DNA from: Eledone cirrhosa
Lineage: Eukaryota
Reading direction: 5' to 3'
NCBI GenBank assembly: GCA_964016885.1
Contig: OZ024740.1
Location: 217,186,001-217,250,000 of the forward strand
DNA length: 64,000 nt
The notes beneath the pieces are model-generated. The model saw only the letters and a program-made list of their open reading frames with translations. It was not told the DNA's origin and did no database searches. A program made the translations under genes and the position numbers. Positions 40,765-54,239 of the stretch are shown one piece after another. How positions within the stretch are numbered: the first letter of the stretch is position 1; the number at the start of each line of letters is the position of its first letter.

Positions 40765-42297
40765 TATTCCCCCTCTCTCTATATATATCTTACGCTTTCG
40801 CTTTACACTCCTCCCCTTCAATAACACATTTCCCCCTCTCTATATATCTCTTATACTGTTACACTTATATTTCCATTTATTTATTACCCCCTCTCTCTAT
40901 ATCTCTTCCACTGTTACTTACGCCTGTTTCTCTCTATCTGTTCCGTCTCTATATATATCTCTCTTACTCTTTCGCTTTGCACTCCTCCCCTTCAATACCA
41001 TCTCTCCCCCTCTCTATATATTTGTTACTCTATCGCTGCACGCTCCTCTCCTTCAATATATCAATTACACACTTACGCTTTACACTCCTTTATCCCCAGC
41101 GCCCCTATATATACCCCCCCCCCCGCATCTATATTTTAATGTTCCGTTGCACCGTGAATATATGTGTCTATATATATATACATATATATTGTATATACAC
41201 ATTCATGTATGTGTATACACACTCATGTATGTATATACACTGGTTTTATGTGTGTATTGTAAATTTGTACTGTTAAAACACGAAACTAACATTCGATTGA
41301 CACTTTGATTACCTGTACAGGCAATAGTTATTAGAATGCTGTTGAAGTGTGTATATATTTTTGGGGGACATCCTGTATATACACACATTATATATAATAC
41401 AATAAACAGATAAATACACACATATATATATGAGCTTATTTAATTATAAATATTGTGAATTTTTAACTCAGTTCAATTATATATATAAATGGCTTCTACA
41501 GGACTAGAACTGTTTCATTCGAAAGAAATCATCATAATATTGAGAGGGGGGACTAGATAAAATATTTCAAATCAAATGTGTATAAGTTATAAGTTAAAAT
41601 GTATAAATAGAGACGATAGTGGAGGTATATCTGTTTAGTGGAACAGTAGACGATAGAATTAAATACAGACGATAATCTCCCTTTAATGAAACAGCAGACG
41701 ATAGAATTAAGGCAATTTAAATTTTAAGCATTTGCATTTTTGCCTTTCATCGTTACGGGGTCGATAAAATAAAGTACCAGTAATACACTGTCACTATAAG
41801 TAGACGACTTTCAAATTGAATTGTTGGTTCCATTTCTTTAGTATTTTCAATTGTAGTTATCTACTTAAAAAGCGTTACACGGTTAGAGACATAATTGGTA
41901 AGTTATATCTTCCCTATTAAACCATTGCATTATTTCGCCTACAATAGAACAAAAATGAAATGTTCTTTAAAGAAACAGGAATATAACTTTATAAAAAAAA
42001 AAGTTGCATCCGCTTCTTTTATCATTGATAATTTTTTCGTTTTAATATTAATAGGAGAAAAAAAAAAATCTTATTGCACAAACAATAATTCTGCACAAAT
42101 GTTGCTCCATTATTAGATCTAATGTTGCAACGATACAGTTAAATGTTGTCTGTGTATTTTAAAAAAGATTTGCTTATAATCTTTTCAAATTTCATTACGC
42201 CAATGATTCAAGCTCAAATTGACATTATCTAAAAAATTGTACAAACAGCGGTGGATTAGCAGTAGTGAACAGATAAATCAGTCAATTTATTAAGATT

Positions 42298-42940
42298 GAC
42301 TTGGCATCAATCAGCAAGACCTTCATTAGCTGCTCTCCAGCCATCTATTTAAAGCTGTATACATCTATGGTACGAATACACTTGGAGTTCGCGTCATCAG
42401 TCTGGAACCCCTATCTTGCTCAGAACATTGACCTCCTGGAAACTGTTCAGAGACATGCAACCAAGCGCATACCCTCCACCAGACACCTACCATACCCTGA
42501 ATATTTTGCTTCCCTCTGGCAATGGACTTGGTAAACACCCACAAAGTTATTAACCATCCGACCAACAACAACCCCGAACACCTTTTTGATCTCCATGTGT
42601 CTAACACGTGGACATGCCTACAAAGTCAGAAAACAACACAGCTCCCATGACTTTAGGAAATATTTCTTCATGCTGAAGGATGGAACAAACTTCCTGCATC
42701 AGTTGTTAGCTGATGACACACTGCATCCTTTAAAACCATCATACATTCCGAAATACACCAAAACTACACCTGATGTCCCCCTTCCATACACATGCACATA
42801 TGTGTATATCATGACTCATGCACTGTTCTTTTTTCCTGACGTTTTTATATTACCCTATGTATTATATATGCACTTTTGATGAGTTGTAGTGCACCTCAGC
42901 ATTGTACACAATATTTTCATTATTATTATCATTATTATTA
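42298..42940 (+). mobile_element. CR1-clade LINE 3' fragment
   Basis: Homologous to the 3' end of 36975-37680; (ATT)n tail. Confidence 0.85.
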
Positions 42941-44127
42941 TTACACTCATTGATCCATTTTGCACTAACTCTGCATCAAGCACCCTCACCTAAATATTAA
43001 CCAATCAAGGATCCAATACAGCTATCTGATGGATGAGTATTGTATAGTGCCAAAAACGAAACCAATCAGTTTAGCAGAAAGTTTCCAGACAAGAAACACG
43101 CATATTTTGCTATCCTCAAACACGTTTACACATGGCATGAAATATAACTAATCCGAGATGGCTAGGTTTCATCTTCTAACTGGATATACGAAATCCATTA
43201 TGTCTTGACAACAACATGAGGTAACATTATGTTATTCACAGACACACTTTGTACACTGTTCCATATCAGAATGTATTTCCTTCGTCACATTCACAAACAG
43301 TATTGAAAATATGTTCTTCGGCAAATAAAAATGTTTTGTTCATAATATTTCAACTAGCGATTGATCTACTCTACGCACGACCACCATAAATTAATGACCA
43401 GCTCAACACAAGTATTGGTAGAGCGTCAGACACCATGCTTTGCAGTATTGTTATGGTCCTTTGCATTCTAAGTTCAAATCCTGCCGAGGTTAACTTCGAC
43501 TTTCATACTTACTAATTCGATAAAATAAAGTACCAGTAATGGACTGCCGTAATGGATTTGTGCCGAAAAATAGAAACACTATTAATGTGCAATAAGAGCA
43601 AAATATAACGACATTGCTCAATTATTTTATCTAATGTTGTAATAACACAAGGAAATGTTGTTTGTGTATTTTTTTTAATATTTGCTCATAGGCTTTTACA
43701 ATTTCGCTCAGCCAACAACTATTAAAAAGTGAGTTGCTTAAGATAACAATTTAATCACAAATTGTTGCTATCTTTTAATACACTCCAACAAGTCATCAAA
43801 TTATGTACAATAAAAACAAATCTTATTAATTTGCTCAGGGAATATAAAGAAAATGTATATACACTGATAATTGCAATTGTATGTAAATATTTTGTTTTTG
43901 TATTGTTTATTTTATGTTTTCTATTATGTATAATATATTGATTTAATATTGATTGCTTTTTGTAGTTGTTTATATTAAAAGTCTGAAAATATTTTTATAC
44001 ATCCTACACTAATATTTATAAGATAATTTATAATAACAATTACATAATCTAATTACATTACAACGATAATTTATTATTAATATATATCCTGTTTAACTAG
44101 AGTTATTACAAGCGTTGCCTTAAAAAA

Positions 44128-45098
44128 ATATTAAACTAGACATGAAAAATGCGCAAGCTCAAAAGTGCCACAGAATGTTATAATAAACCTTCAAAAGTGT
44201 GGGACTAGAGTTGTTGCTAAAAAATATTGTAATCATTATATATCGTACATTCTGTGGCATCCTTTATAAAAATAGCTTAAACCAACGAAGCCTTTATTTT
44301 TACGCTATTTCACTTAGTTAATTCTTAGAGTGTAACATATAAAAATAAATACATCTATGTTTAATGTAATAACAGCTATAAATAATTACGTAATATTATT
44401 ATCATATACTCATAGTAACAAAATAATTGTGTTGAAAATTAATATGATGCTTATATGAACGATCAAATCTATAATGATAATTTCTTAAATATACTAATAG
44501 TAAAATAATTTAGTTATCTATTGTTACATTTTCATAGAACTATAATATTAACAATCGTATTGCATTATCAAATTTTTATCACTACAAACTTTCATATTGG
44601 AATTACCTTAAGCCACTTATTATTACTTCGCTTTCATACTTTTACAGCTGTAGATATTGCGCTGTATCTTATATCTAATATCAATATCTCATGGTAATTT
44701 GCATGCAGTGTAAAATAGGTTTATTAATAACTTTAATATGAAATGTATTATACAGGGCTGCGGAGTCGGCCAAAAATTGACTGGCTCCAACTCAGGATCC
44801 GATACTCCATTATTTCCTAAATTTCAGCTCCGCAGCTCTGTTATTATATTAATTAATTTATTTTATAGTTGTAAATCATATTTTTATATGTTACACTCTA
44901 AGAATTAACTAAGTGAAATAGCGTAAAAATAAAGGCTTCGTTGGTTTAAGCTATTTTTATAAAGGATGCCACAGAATGTACGATATATAATGATTACAAT
45001 ATTTTTTAGCAACAACTCTAGTCCCACACTTTTGAAGGTTTATTATAACATTCTGTGGCACTTTTGAGCTTGCGCATTTTTCATGTCTAGTTTAATAT
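44128..45098. repeat. 220-bp inverted duplication (arms 44128-44347 and 44879-45098)
   Basis: Arms are reverse complements, with no mismatch found by eye. Confidence 0.9.
44753..44840. mobile_element. 88-bp hAT-like MITE
   Basis: TIRs CAGGGCTGCGGAG and CTCCGCAGCTCTG; flanks GTATTATA and TTATTATA (7/8 TSD). Confidence 0.7.
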
Positions 45099-45461
45099 GT
45101 TACATTTGTATTGGTCTATTCACACCACCATGGGCTATAAAACGCATGTCTTTTCTCTATAACATGCGTGTTTTCTTAATTATCTGATATATTTTTAGAA
45201 ATGTTGATCGTATTGATAGGCATATGCTGATGAGCCACATCTAACAATATATATTCTTCACTTTTTATAGCAAAACATAATTAGATGGTTAGTACACTTT
45301 AATATATTCTTTTAATTGATTTATATTTACCATTCCTTCCATAGTTAATATGTTCATCACTCTGGCAGTTTTTGATCCCCTATGATTGAACACATAGAGA
45401 TATGTGTACTCCTCTCTATATGCTGATTTATAAAGAGCCCGGGACCTATTCCTTGAGCTGA

Positions 45462-45643
45462 TTTGGCAGTATCGGTAGAGGGTCGGAAGCCATGCTTTGT
45501 AGCATAGAGTTACCCCCCATTATGTTCTGAATTCAAATCCCATCGAGGTTAACTTTGCCTTTCATCCTTACGGGGTCGATAAAATAAAGTACCAGTAATG
45601 TACTGGGATAAATGCTGGCCTTGTGCCAAAAGTAGAAACAATT
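45462..45643 (+). mobile_element. MetaSINE-like SINE
   Basis: Highly similar to the copies at 9440-9615 and 28882-29060. Confidence 0.9.
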
Positions 45644-45646
45644 AAA

Positions 45647-45922
45647 TTATAGGGGATAAATGTGAGTCTTTAACTCCCGAAACATTCGGTGGAGTTCGGC
45701 CGCTGACGGCGAAGTTCTTGTCTCCACTGTCGGCTCACCTTACTGAGGTGTCAAGTGATGCCCGTGAGGGTGCCTGGTTATTTCAGCGCCTTAGTCCCGC
45801 CATTACCCATGGTAATGCTGTGAGCGTGTTGGCTTGCCTGAAAGTGTGCAGTTAATTGCTAAGGTGTGAGGTGTAGCCAATTATCACACTTGGTGGTGAA
45901 TTGCCACCACGCCTTTTTTTTT
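45647..45922 (+). ncRNA. Candidate structured RNA of unknown family
   Basis: GC-rich island with at least six hairpins, ending in a terminal hairpin and a T9 tract. Confidence 0.35.
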
Positions 45923-46551
45923 CATTCTTTTTTCTTTCCTTTATCATGAATTTATATTATTGTGTTATTATACACAGTTTAGACATGACATATTTGTCCC
46001 TCTGAACGAATTGTGAGCAATTTATAATGTTATTTACGCATTTGTTATGTTATTTGTGTATATATCTAAAACATATTTGCAACGTTATTCTACTGTAAAT
46101 TTATACAAGTGTAATAAAATATCGTATGTGATATATATATATATATACACACATACACATATATATATATATGTGGCAATGATTTGATGGTCATGCTGGG
46201 AATTGTGTTGTGGTGTTGATTCGTTTGTTGCGTGTATGCTCACTTGTAGCTTGCTGTGTGGTGTGGTCAGTGTTATGTGGTAGTGTGGTCAGAGGTTGCA
46301 TGTATGCAGGTAAGTGAGTAAGTGTTCAATAAGATGATGATGATATGATAGTTCCTTGATCACGCAGAAAATGAATATATATAAATGAACCACAATGACA
46401 CCAAAGTGCTATATTATTAATTTATTGAAAATAGCTCATGCTGGAGCTATACAAAAAAATACACAAGAATTATGGACGTTATTTGTTTGTTTGTAAAAGT
46501 AGAATTAAAGCGTATTTACCAAGAAAACTTCATGAACTTCACTGGCTTGGT

Positions 46552-46620
<69 letters not shown>

Positions 46621-47504
46621 AATAGAAAGAGATTGAGTGAAAGAGAGAGAGAGTAAGAGAAAGTACGAGTCTGTTAAACCCCAAGGGGTCTGTAGAAAGA
46701 AAATGTTTACATATTTAATCTATCAAGGATCACTCCGAATTGCCTGGCCTGATCTAAGGCAGGGTATTTATCTATGTCGCTTCCTCTGTCTCCAAGACTT
46801 GAGAACAAAGGGCTGACCTTTTGAGGTTGTCCAATCTCAGACCTATTGATGCCTGAATTCTAGTTAATATGTTTGTCACCCTGGTGGTTTTATATCCCTA
46901 TAATCCAACACATATATTTATGTGTATTTCTCCCCTTACTGATTTTTTTAATATATATATATATATGTATGTATAATACAATATAAATACACTATAAATG
47001 ACAATCAAAGAGTATTTAAAACATTTAATCACTTACGATCATTTTATCCTAGCACAAGGCTAGAATCATCAGAGTAGATAATAAAGGTCAAACACAAATA
47101 TATCAAAACTTTGTTACAAGAACATACATGATATGGGAGGCTAGATAAGCATAAGTATCAACATTTATATAAGATATAAGATAACAGAGGTGGAAGAGGC
47201 ATAAGGTGAATGGGAGCAGATAAATGTAATAAAAATTAGGAGCAGATAAAAGCATTAAAAATGAAGAAATTTAAAAAAACATACAGAAAATTGTAAAATA
47301 TATTGCTACAGAAAGGTTAAGTACAGTGAGAAACATATATCATAAGTAGTAAAGAAAATTAATAAAGTTAATAAGAGGAGGCATGCAATTTAAATATAAA
47401 TTTAAAACATACATCTCCAAAAAATTATTTTTAATTATGCATTTAAAAAAATATTTTCATACTTGTAATAGGGTAATATTTATTATTAGCCACATTATAT
47501 TATA

Positions 47505-49110
47505 TCATCATCATCATCATCATTTTACATCCGCTTTTCCTTGCTTGCAAGGGTGGGAGGGGTATTCTTCAGCACAGCATCTCTTCATTCGTCACGGTCC
47601 TTCGTCATCTCCTCTGTGAGCTTCAGTGATCTGAGGTCAGCTCTCATCACCTCCACCCATGATTTTCGTGGTCTTCCTCTACTGCATCTTCATTCCACTG
47701 GGATTTCTTGGCACTTCTTCACCCAGTAATCATCCTCCATGCGCATCATATGTCCATACCAATGCAGTCTTCTCTCCCATACACTACACTTTATTCTTCT
47801 TATACACAGTTTTACTCTCAACTCGTCCATGCTTGGTCATTCATGCACATTGACATTGCACATCTCTCGGAGCATGCTTGCTTCATTTCTCTCCAGCTGT
47901 CGCATATTCCCCCGCAGTTGCTGCCCATGTGTCCCTACCATGCAGCATTGTGCATCTCATACAGGCATCATATTACCAGCCTTTCGTTGCTAATCTGATC
48001 ACCTAGGTATCAGAAGCTATCAACCACCTCTATAGATCCTACCTGCATTTGAGAAATGAATCTATCACTGCCACTTCTACTATCAAATTTCCCTGAACAT
48101 CTACTGCATATGTAGTTTTCCCTACCTGTTAGTTTGCCTGCTATTCCACTACTCCTCTTGTCTACCCAAGATCTGCATTGTGTACATTCTATAGAATTAA
48201 TGCCAACTCATTTTCTACATATCAAACATGGTCATTTCCCTGATGGAATCAGAGTTTTGTCCTCTTTCCTACTTATCAACACTTTAGTCTTAGCTAGGTT
48301 TACTCTCAGTCCTCTTGATTCCAACTGCTCTTTCCATAGCCAGAATTTATTCTCTAGCTCCTCTACTGATTCTGCTATAAGTACTAGATGGTTAGCATAG
48401 AGAAATTCCGATGGGCAGTCAGTCTTAAACTCCTCTGTTATGGCTTGGAGAACTATAATGAATAAGAGTAGGCTGAGGACCGAACCCTGATGCACTCCTA
48501 GTTGTATCTGGAATTCCTCACTAAACTCCATTCCTACTCTCACTTTACTGACAGAACCTCTGTGCATAGCTTGCACTGTCCTCACCAGCTATTCCTCTAC
48601 ACCTAATTTCCTTATGGACCACCAGATGACAGATCGGGGTACTCTATCAAAGGCCTTCTCTAGGTCAACAAAAGCTAAGTATAGTGGCTTATTCTTCTCT
48701 AAGAACCTCTCATGTAGTTGTCTCACTAAGTAGAGGGCACCTGTTGTACTTTTCCCAGGCATAAGACTAAACTGCATCTCATCTAATTTGACTCTTTCTC
48801 TAATTAGTTGTGCTGCATTCTTTCTGTCACTTTCATAACCTGATCCATTAGTTTTATGCCCCTATAATTGCTCCTCTCCAGAGCATCTCCTTTACCTTTG
48901 TAGCAATTTATAAGAATACTGCTGCGCCAGTCTTTGGGTATGACTTCGCCATATATACCTTGATTGACTATGCTTGCAACCAGTTTAGTTCCTATTTCTC
49001 CTGATGCCTTCAGCATCTCAGCAACTATCCCTGACGGTCCAGTGGCCTTACGACTTTTCATTTCCATAATTGCCTTTTTGACCCTATAGTCGTCAATCTC
49101 AATAGCTGTG
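47505..49110 (-). mobile_element. RTE-clade LINE, 5'-truncated
   Basis: KATGPSG, NYRGIKLMDQ, FVDLEKAFDRVP and QGSVLS motifs; (GAT)n tail. Confidence 0.92.
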
Positions 49111-49321
49111 AGATATGTGTGTGTCTGTGTTGTTGTTGTGTGTGTGACTACACGGCAGAATGTGTTCTTCCCATGTTTTAAGATATTAGAGAGTGTTTTG
49201 ACTGCTATTTCTAGAAGTTCAAGCAACTAGGTAAGAGACAGTCTCATTGATACCTAAAAGGTAAGAGACAGTCTCATTGATACCTAAAAAATATTTTACT
49301 GAGTGATGTATGTTCTCCCAG

Positions 49322-49373
49322 GTTTTGCTACAATTGATGGAGTAATTTCACATAACTGAAAGTGTTTCTGAAG
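49322..49373 (+). other. Possible 5' UTR exon of the zinc-finger gene
   Basis: TTCTCCCAG acceptor and AAG/GTATTA donor; possible acceptor at 50237-50238 just before the ZNF ATG; a further donor CAG/GTAAGT at 46309/46310. Confidence 0.3.
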
Positions 49374-50275
49374 GTATTAAATTATGTCAGGGACTTTTAA
49401 CGTATGACACCGGTGTCTTTTAGGAGAGTGAAGTATTACCAACGACACCGACTTCGCGGCATGTTAATTATAACTTTAATTAATATTATTATATCTTTTG
49501 TAGTAATTATTTCATGTTAAGTTGAATGTTAGTATTTTGTGGATAACATAAGGTGAGCTACATGTTTCAGGGTAGGTGTTCCATCATCTATATGATTAAA
49601 TATTTCATTTTATGAGAAACTACGCTACATCGTGAATTGGTTGTTCCACATTTGACAAGACAGTGAAAAATAGGTTTAAATCACCAACATCTGAACAATT
49701 AGCTTTCTTAACTTTACACTTAGACTTGAAATATAAAATACGTATTATTTGTAACACAGCAGATATTGTGTACTTTTCTACACTCCGTGGTAATCAATCC
49801 TTGTTTATTAGGTCAACTCATCTATACGGAAATAAACACACGATCATATAGACCGCCACCTCACCCCCGAATATATATATACACACACACATTTTCTTTC
49901 CCGACATCAGTCTTACACATTTGTATCAACTGAGAGTTCCATTACAATTTGTAGAAGAACGACTATTTTAACAGAACATCTGCATTCAGTCATTTATAGA
50001 CAATATATATGTTATACTCCATAGCGACCATTAACGATAGTCACATATTTTAAACAAAGAAATAGAAGTATTTTTCTCTACAACAATATATATGTACCAC
50101 TTGGAGAGGACTCACTTTGCTACAAGAATTCTAGTGGTATGTAGAAAATATATCTACATTGCATATTTTCCACACATGTAAGCATAGTTCTATGATATCT
50201 AAGACAAGAAATTGAATTGTAATATATTATAAACACAGATATTTCTCAACTTTTACGAATTCTTCAAGAATTACT

Positions 50276-51520
50276 ATGGAAGACGTTATACACTTGGACA
50301 TTTCTAACACACCTGTTTCTACCAATATAGATACAGTTACACAGACATACAGTGATGAAAAAACTTTACTTAGTGAAACATGTACTGAACAAGGATCTTT
50401 ACACAGAAATATTCCTGTATATAGCTGTGAGATATGTAGGAAAACTTTCTCTTCAAAAGATGAAGTATCCACACACGAAGACACACACACTAAAGACAAA
50501 CCCTTCCACTGTCAAATATGTGAGAAATCGTTCACTAAGAAATCTCATCTTGTTTACCATATACGTATTCACACTGAAGAAAAACCCTATGACTGTGAAA
50601 TATGTGGTAAATCTTTTGTCACTAACAATGATTTAACAGAGCACAAGAGGACACACACTGAAAAGAAACCCTACCACTGTGAAATATGTGGGAATTCTTT
50701 TGTTTGTAACAGTGCCTTAACAGTACATACAAGAATACACACTGGAGAGAAACCCTACCACTGTGAAATATGTGGTAAATCTTTTGTTCGTAACAGTCAC
50801 TTAATATCACATACAAGAATTCACACAGGAGAGAAACCCTTCCATTGTGAAATATGTGATAAATCTTTTGTCACTAACAGTGATTTAACGGAGCACACGA
50901 GAACACACACTGGAGAAAAGCCATATCACTGTAAAATATGTGGGAAGTCTTTTGTTCGTAACGGCGGCTTAATACAACATACAAGAATACATACTGGAGA
51001 AAAACCCTACCACTGTGAAATATGTGATAAATCTTTTGTCGCTAACAATGATTTAATAGTACATATGAGTAGACACACTGGAGAGAGACCTTTCCACTGT
51101 GAAATATGTGGTAAGTCTTTTGTTCGCAATAGTCACTTAATATCACATACAAAAATACACACTGGAGAAAAACCCTACCACTGTGAAATATGTGGAAAAT
51201 CTTTTGTCACTAACAGTAATTTATCAACACACAAAAGAAAACACACTGGAGAGAAACCTTTCCACTGTGAAATATGTGGTAAATCTTTTTTCCATAACTG
51301 TGATTTAACAAATCATAAAAGATTACACACTGGGGAAAAACCATATCAATGTGAAGTATGTGAGAAATCTTTCACTCAGAATGCTAATCTTATTAGCCAC
51401 ATTCGAAGTCACACTGGAGAGAAACCATACCACTGTGAAATATGTGGCAAATCTTTTGTTCGTAACAGTCTCTTAATATCACATAAAAAAATACACACTG
51501 GCGAGAAACCTTACCACTGA
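50276..51520 (+). CDS. C2H2 (Kruppel-type) zinc-finger protein, 13 tandem fingers
   Basis: 414-aa ORF with 13 CxxC-x12-HxxxH units and TGEKP linkers. Confidence 0.93.
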   Translation: MEDVIHLDISNTPVSTNIDTVTQTYSDEKTLLSETCTEQGSLHRNIPVYSCEICRKTFSSKDEVSTHEDTHTKDKPFHCQICEKSFTKKSHLVYHIRIHTEEKPYDCEICGKSFVTNNDLTEHKRTHTEKKPYHCEICGNSFVCNSALTVHTRIHTGEKPYHCEICGKSFVRNSHLISHTRIHTGEKPFHCEICDKSFVTNSDLTEHTRTHTGEKPYHCKICGKSFVRNGGLIQHTRIHTGEKPYHCEICDKSFVANNDLIVHMSRHTGERPFHCEICGKSFVRNSHLISHTKIHTGEKPYHCEICGKSFVTNSNLSTHKRKHTGEKPFHCEICGKSFFHNCDLTNHKRLHTGEKPYQCEVCEKSFTQNANLISHIRSHTGEKPYHCEICGKSFVRNSLLISHKKIHTGEKPYH

Positions 51521-51700
51521 GAAATATGTGGGAAATCTTATGTCACCAACAGTGATTTAATAATAGAACACATACTGGAGAGAAACATTTCCACTGTGAA
51601 ATATGCGGGATTTTTTTTCTTAATAGTAGAAATTTAAATCACACAAAAGTACACACATTTAAGAAAAACTTGTCACTCTGAAATATGTGGGAAATTTTGT
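51521..51700 (+). pseudogene. Decayed additional zinc fingers downstream of the stop
   Basis: GAAATATGTGGGAAATCT..., CATACTGGAGAGAAACATTTCCACTGTGAAATATGCGGG, with indels. Confidence 0.8.
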
Positions 51701-51799
51701 TTCTATAAGTAACTGGATAGAACCACACATACAATGAATGGAAACTGCGATATCCTTCCTCTGATAATTCTAAATTTATTGTTTACCAACATCAAATGT

Positions 51800-52000
51800 A
51801 AATACTTGACAGTTTAACAGACTCCAAACATTTCTTCTTCTTCCAATGCTGTAGACCAATTCTTCTTTTTGGGCAAATGCATTCAATATTTCCATGCAAA
51901 GCCTCCTCACTTAAAATGGCTTCAAGCACAGGTATCGCTTGATATGTTACATTTTTTGCGATGTATGGCATTGCTGGCCAGAGGCAAGTCCCTAACAGGA
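51800..52000 (-). mobile_element. Possible degenerate Merlin/ISXO2-like transposase fragment
   Basis: Frame-hopping LASGQQCHTSQKM...CPKRRIG...VKLS loosely resembles the N-terminal zinc region of these transposases; weak. Confidence 0.25.
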
Positions 52001-53219
52001 CTAAAAATCCATGTCCGTGATGCTCATGCTTAAGTATCAAGTGATAGCATTACTCAAAATCGAGTTGCAACCATCAAATGTATGTATGGAAGCCTTGGTG
52101 TGGGGAGACCTAGGCAGACTTAGGATGGGGTGATAAAAGTGATGACACAGGACCGAAATCTCTGGCATTATGCAGTAATACAGAAGACCTGACATCCCAC
52201 AGGCTGAAGCTGAAGCATATACACAGTATGTCCCACCTCACCCTCACATACAGCCCCAGCCCGCACAGTAAAGTGGTCGTGATGGTGACATGCAAAAAGT
52301 ACCCAGCTCCCACTGTAAAGTGGTCATGTAGGTGTCACAACAAAAAACACCCAGTTCACACTGTAAAGTGGTCATGTAGGTGCCAAGACAAAAGGCACCC
52401 AGTACTCACTGTAAATGAGGTTGGCATTAGGAAGAGCATCCAGCTATAGAGACAAAGTCAGAATCAGTTCTGTATAAGTATGATATGGTCACCTGACCTA
52501 GCATTGCTCACAACAGGATAACTCGTCTAACCCATGCTAGTGTGGAAAAATTGATGTTAAATGGTGATGGTGGTGATGATGATATATATGTTTATACATA
52601 TGTATATATGAACTGTTGTCCTGCTGTGAGAAGGGTTCAGCATGACCAACTGGCCTGTCCTTCATAATGGTGTCATCTAATTTCACACTGTAAATGTGGT
52701 TGGTGTTAGGAAGGGCATCCAGCTGTAAAATCCCCGGGCCAAATTTACAGTTCTGTTGGAGCAAGGTATGACATGGTGAATTCTGGCCAGACTTGTCTCT
52801 CGATGTGGATGACCTGTCTAATCTTGCAAGCACGGAAAACGGATGCAAAATGGTGATGATGATGATGATATATATCATTATCATCATCATCATCGTTTAA
52901 CATCCATCTTCCGTGGTAGTATGGGTTTGATGGGTTTGTCCCATTAGAGGCAAGTTGGGTCAGGTGACCCTGTCTTGCTCATATAGGACTGTTTCTGGCT
53001 GGTTTTCTACAATGCCCTTCATAACACCAACTACATTTACAGTATGTGCTGGGTGCTTTATGCCATGTCTCCTACATGACCACTTTACAGTGTGGGCTGG
53101 ATGTATATATTTATACATCATGACATTAACACTACTACTTTACAGAATGTATTGGGTGTACTTTATTAACCCATGCAAGTGTGGAAAAACCAATGTAAAA
53201 AAGGTGATTTGTATGTTGT

Positions 53220-53630
53220 AGTGCCAGAGGTGTTGGTCCTGTGTCATCTCAATTGAGCTAAACCAGGTCAGCCTTTATCATTATGTTTCACTTCTTCCTA
53301 AGTCTTCCTCTTTTGGGGCATCCTACAACCTCAAGTGCCCTGCACCTTTTTATACAGCTGACATTCTTCATGTGAATCACATGTCCATACCACAGCATTA
53401 TGCCCAGTTTCGCTCTCAATTCATTTACATTTTGCTGTTCACACAAGCTACTGTTACACATCCATATGAACATGCAGACTACATTTCTTTCCAATTTCCA
53501 TAGATCCTTGGCATACAGTGCCCATGTTTTGCTTCCATGTAACATTGCTGTGCGCACACAGGCATCGTACAGCTTGCCTTTTATATTCAATGAGAGACCT
53601 TTTGTAGCTAGCAATGGCAGTAACCTGAGC
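53220..53630 (-). mobile_element. RTE LINE 3' fragment
   Basis: KGKLYDACVRTAMLHGS...LWYGHV...RGRLRK. Confidence 0.85.
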
Positions 53631-53915
53631 TTTGTCCATCTCGTTCTTATATATACGTACAATCCTATACGAGCGAGACACGGTCACCAGATCAATCTTG
53701 CCACAAGTGGGACAAATCCCGTCTAACCCATGCTAGCGTGGAAGATAGATGTTAAACGATGATGATGATGATGATTATATATATATATATATATATATAT
53801 GGCCGACTGAACACGCATATGTGTTTTTTTTCACCCCACGTTTTTGTTTCTTATTTTCCCCATTCTTTCCTCTTATCACTCTTTACTTTCTATTTATCTT
53901 CTATTTCTAACTCTA

Positions 53916-53951
53916 TCTTCTGATGAAGCACTAGTGTCTGAAACGTTAAGA
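53916..53951 (+). ncRNA. Minimal hammerhead-like motif (Penelope pLTR type)
   Basis: TCTT-CTGATGA-AGCACTAGTGTCT-GAAA-CG-TT-AAGA within a T-rich segment between microsatellites. Confidence 0.5.
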
Positions 53952-54038
53952 CACTCTTCCTACTATTTCAAGCATTAAACTAATGTATTTCTTCCATGTA
54001 TTGTGTTGTTTGTTTTGTTATTTTTGTTTACCTTTTAC

Positions 54039-54104
<66 letters not shown>

Positions 54105-54239
54105 GAGAGAGAGAGAGGGTAGGTAGCTAGGTAGACAGACAGATATATAGATAGCACAGACAAAATTAATAGATACATAGATTGATAAATATACAATGAT
54201 TTGGAAACATTTTCAGTATTAATTCATCAATAGTGATGG

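Noticed and set aside
45425-45450. AAAGAGCCCGGGACCT resembling the RNase MRP CR-I region
   Set aside because: The complementary CR-V/P4 strand and expected domain order were not found downstream
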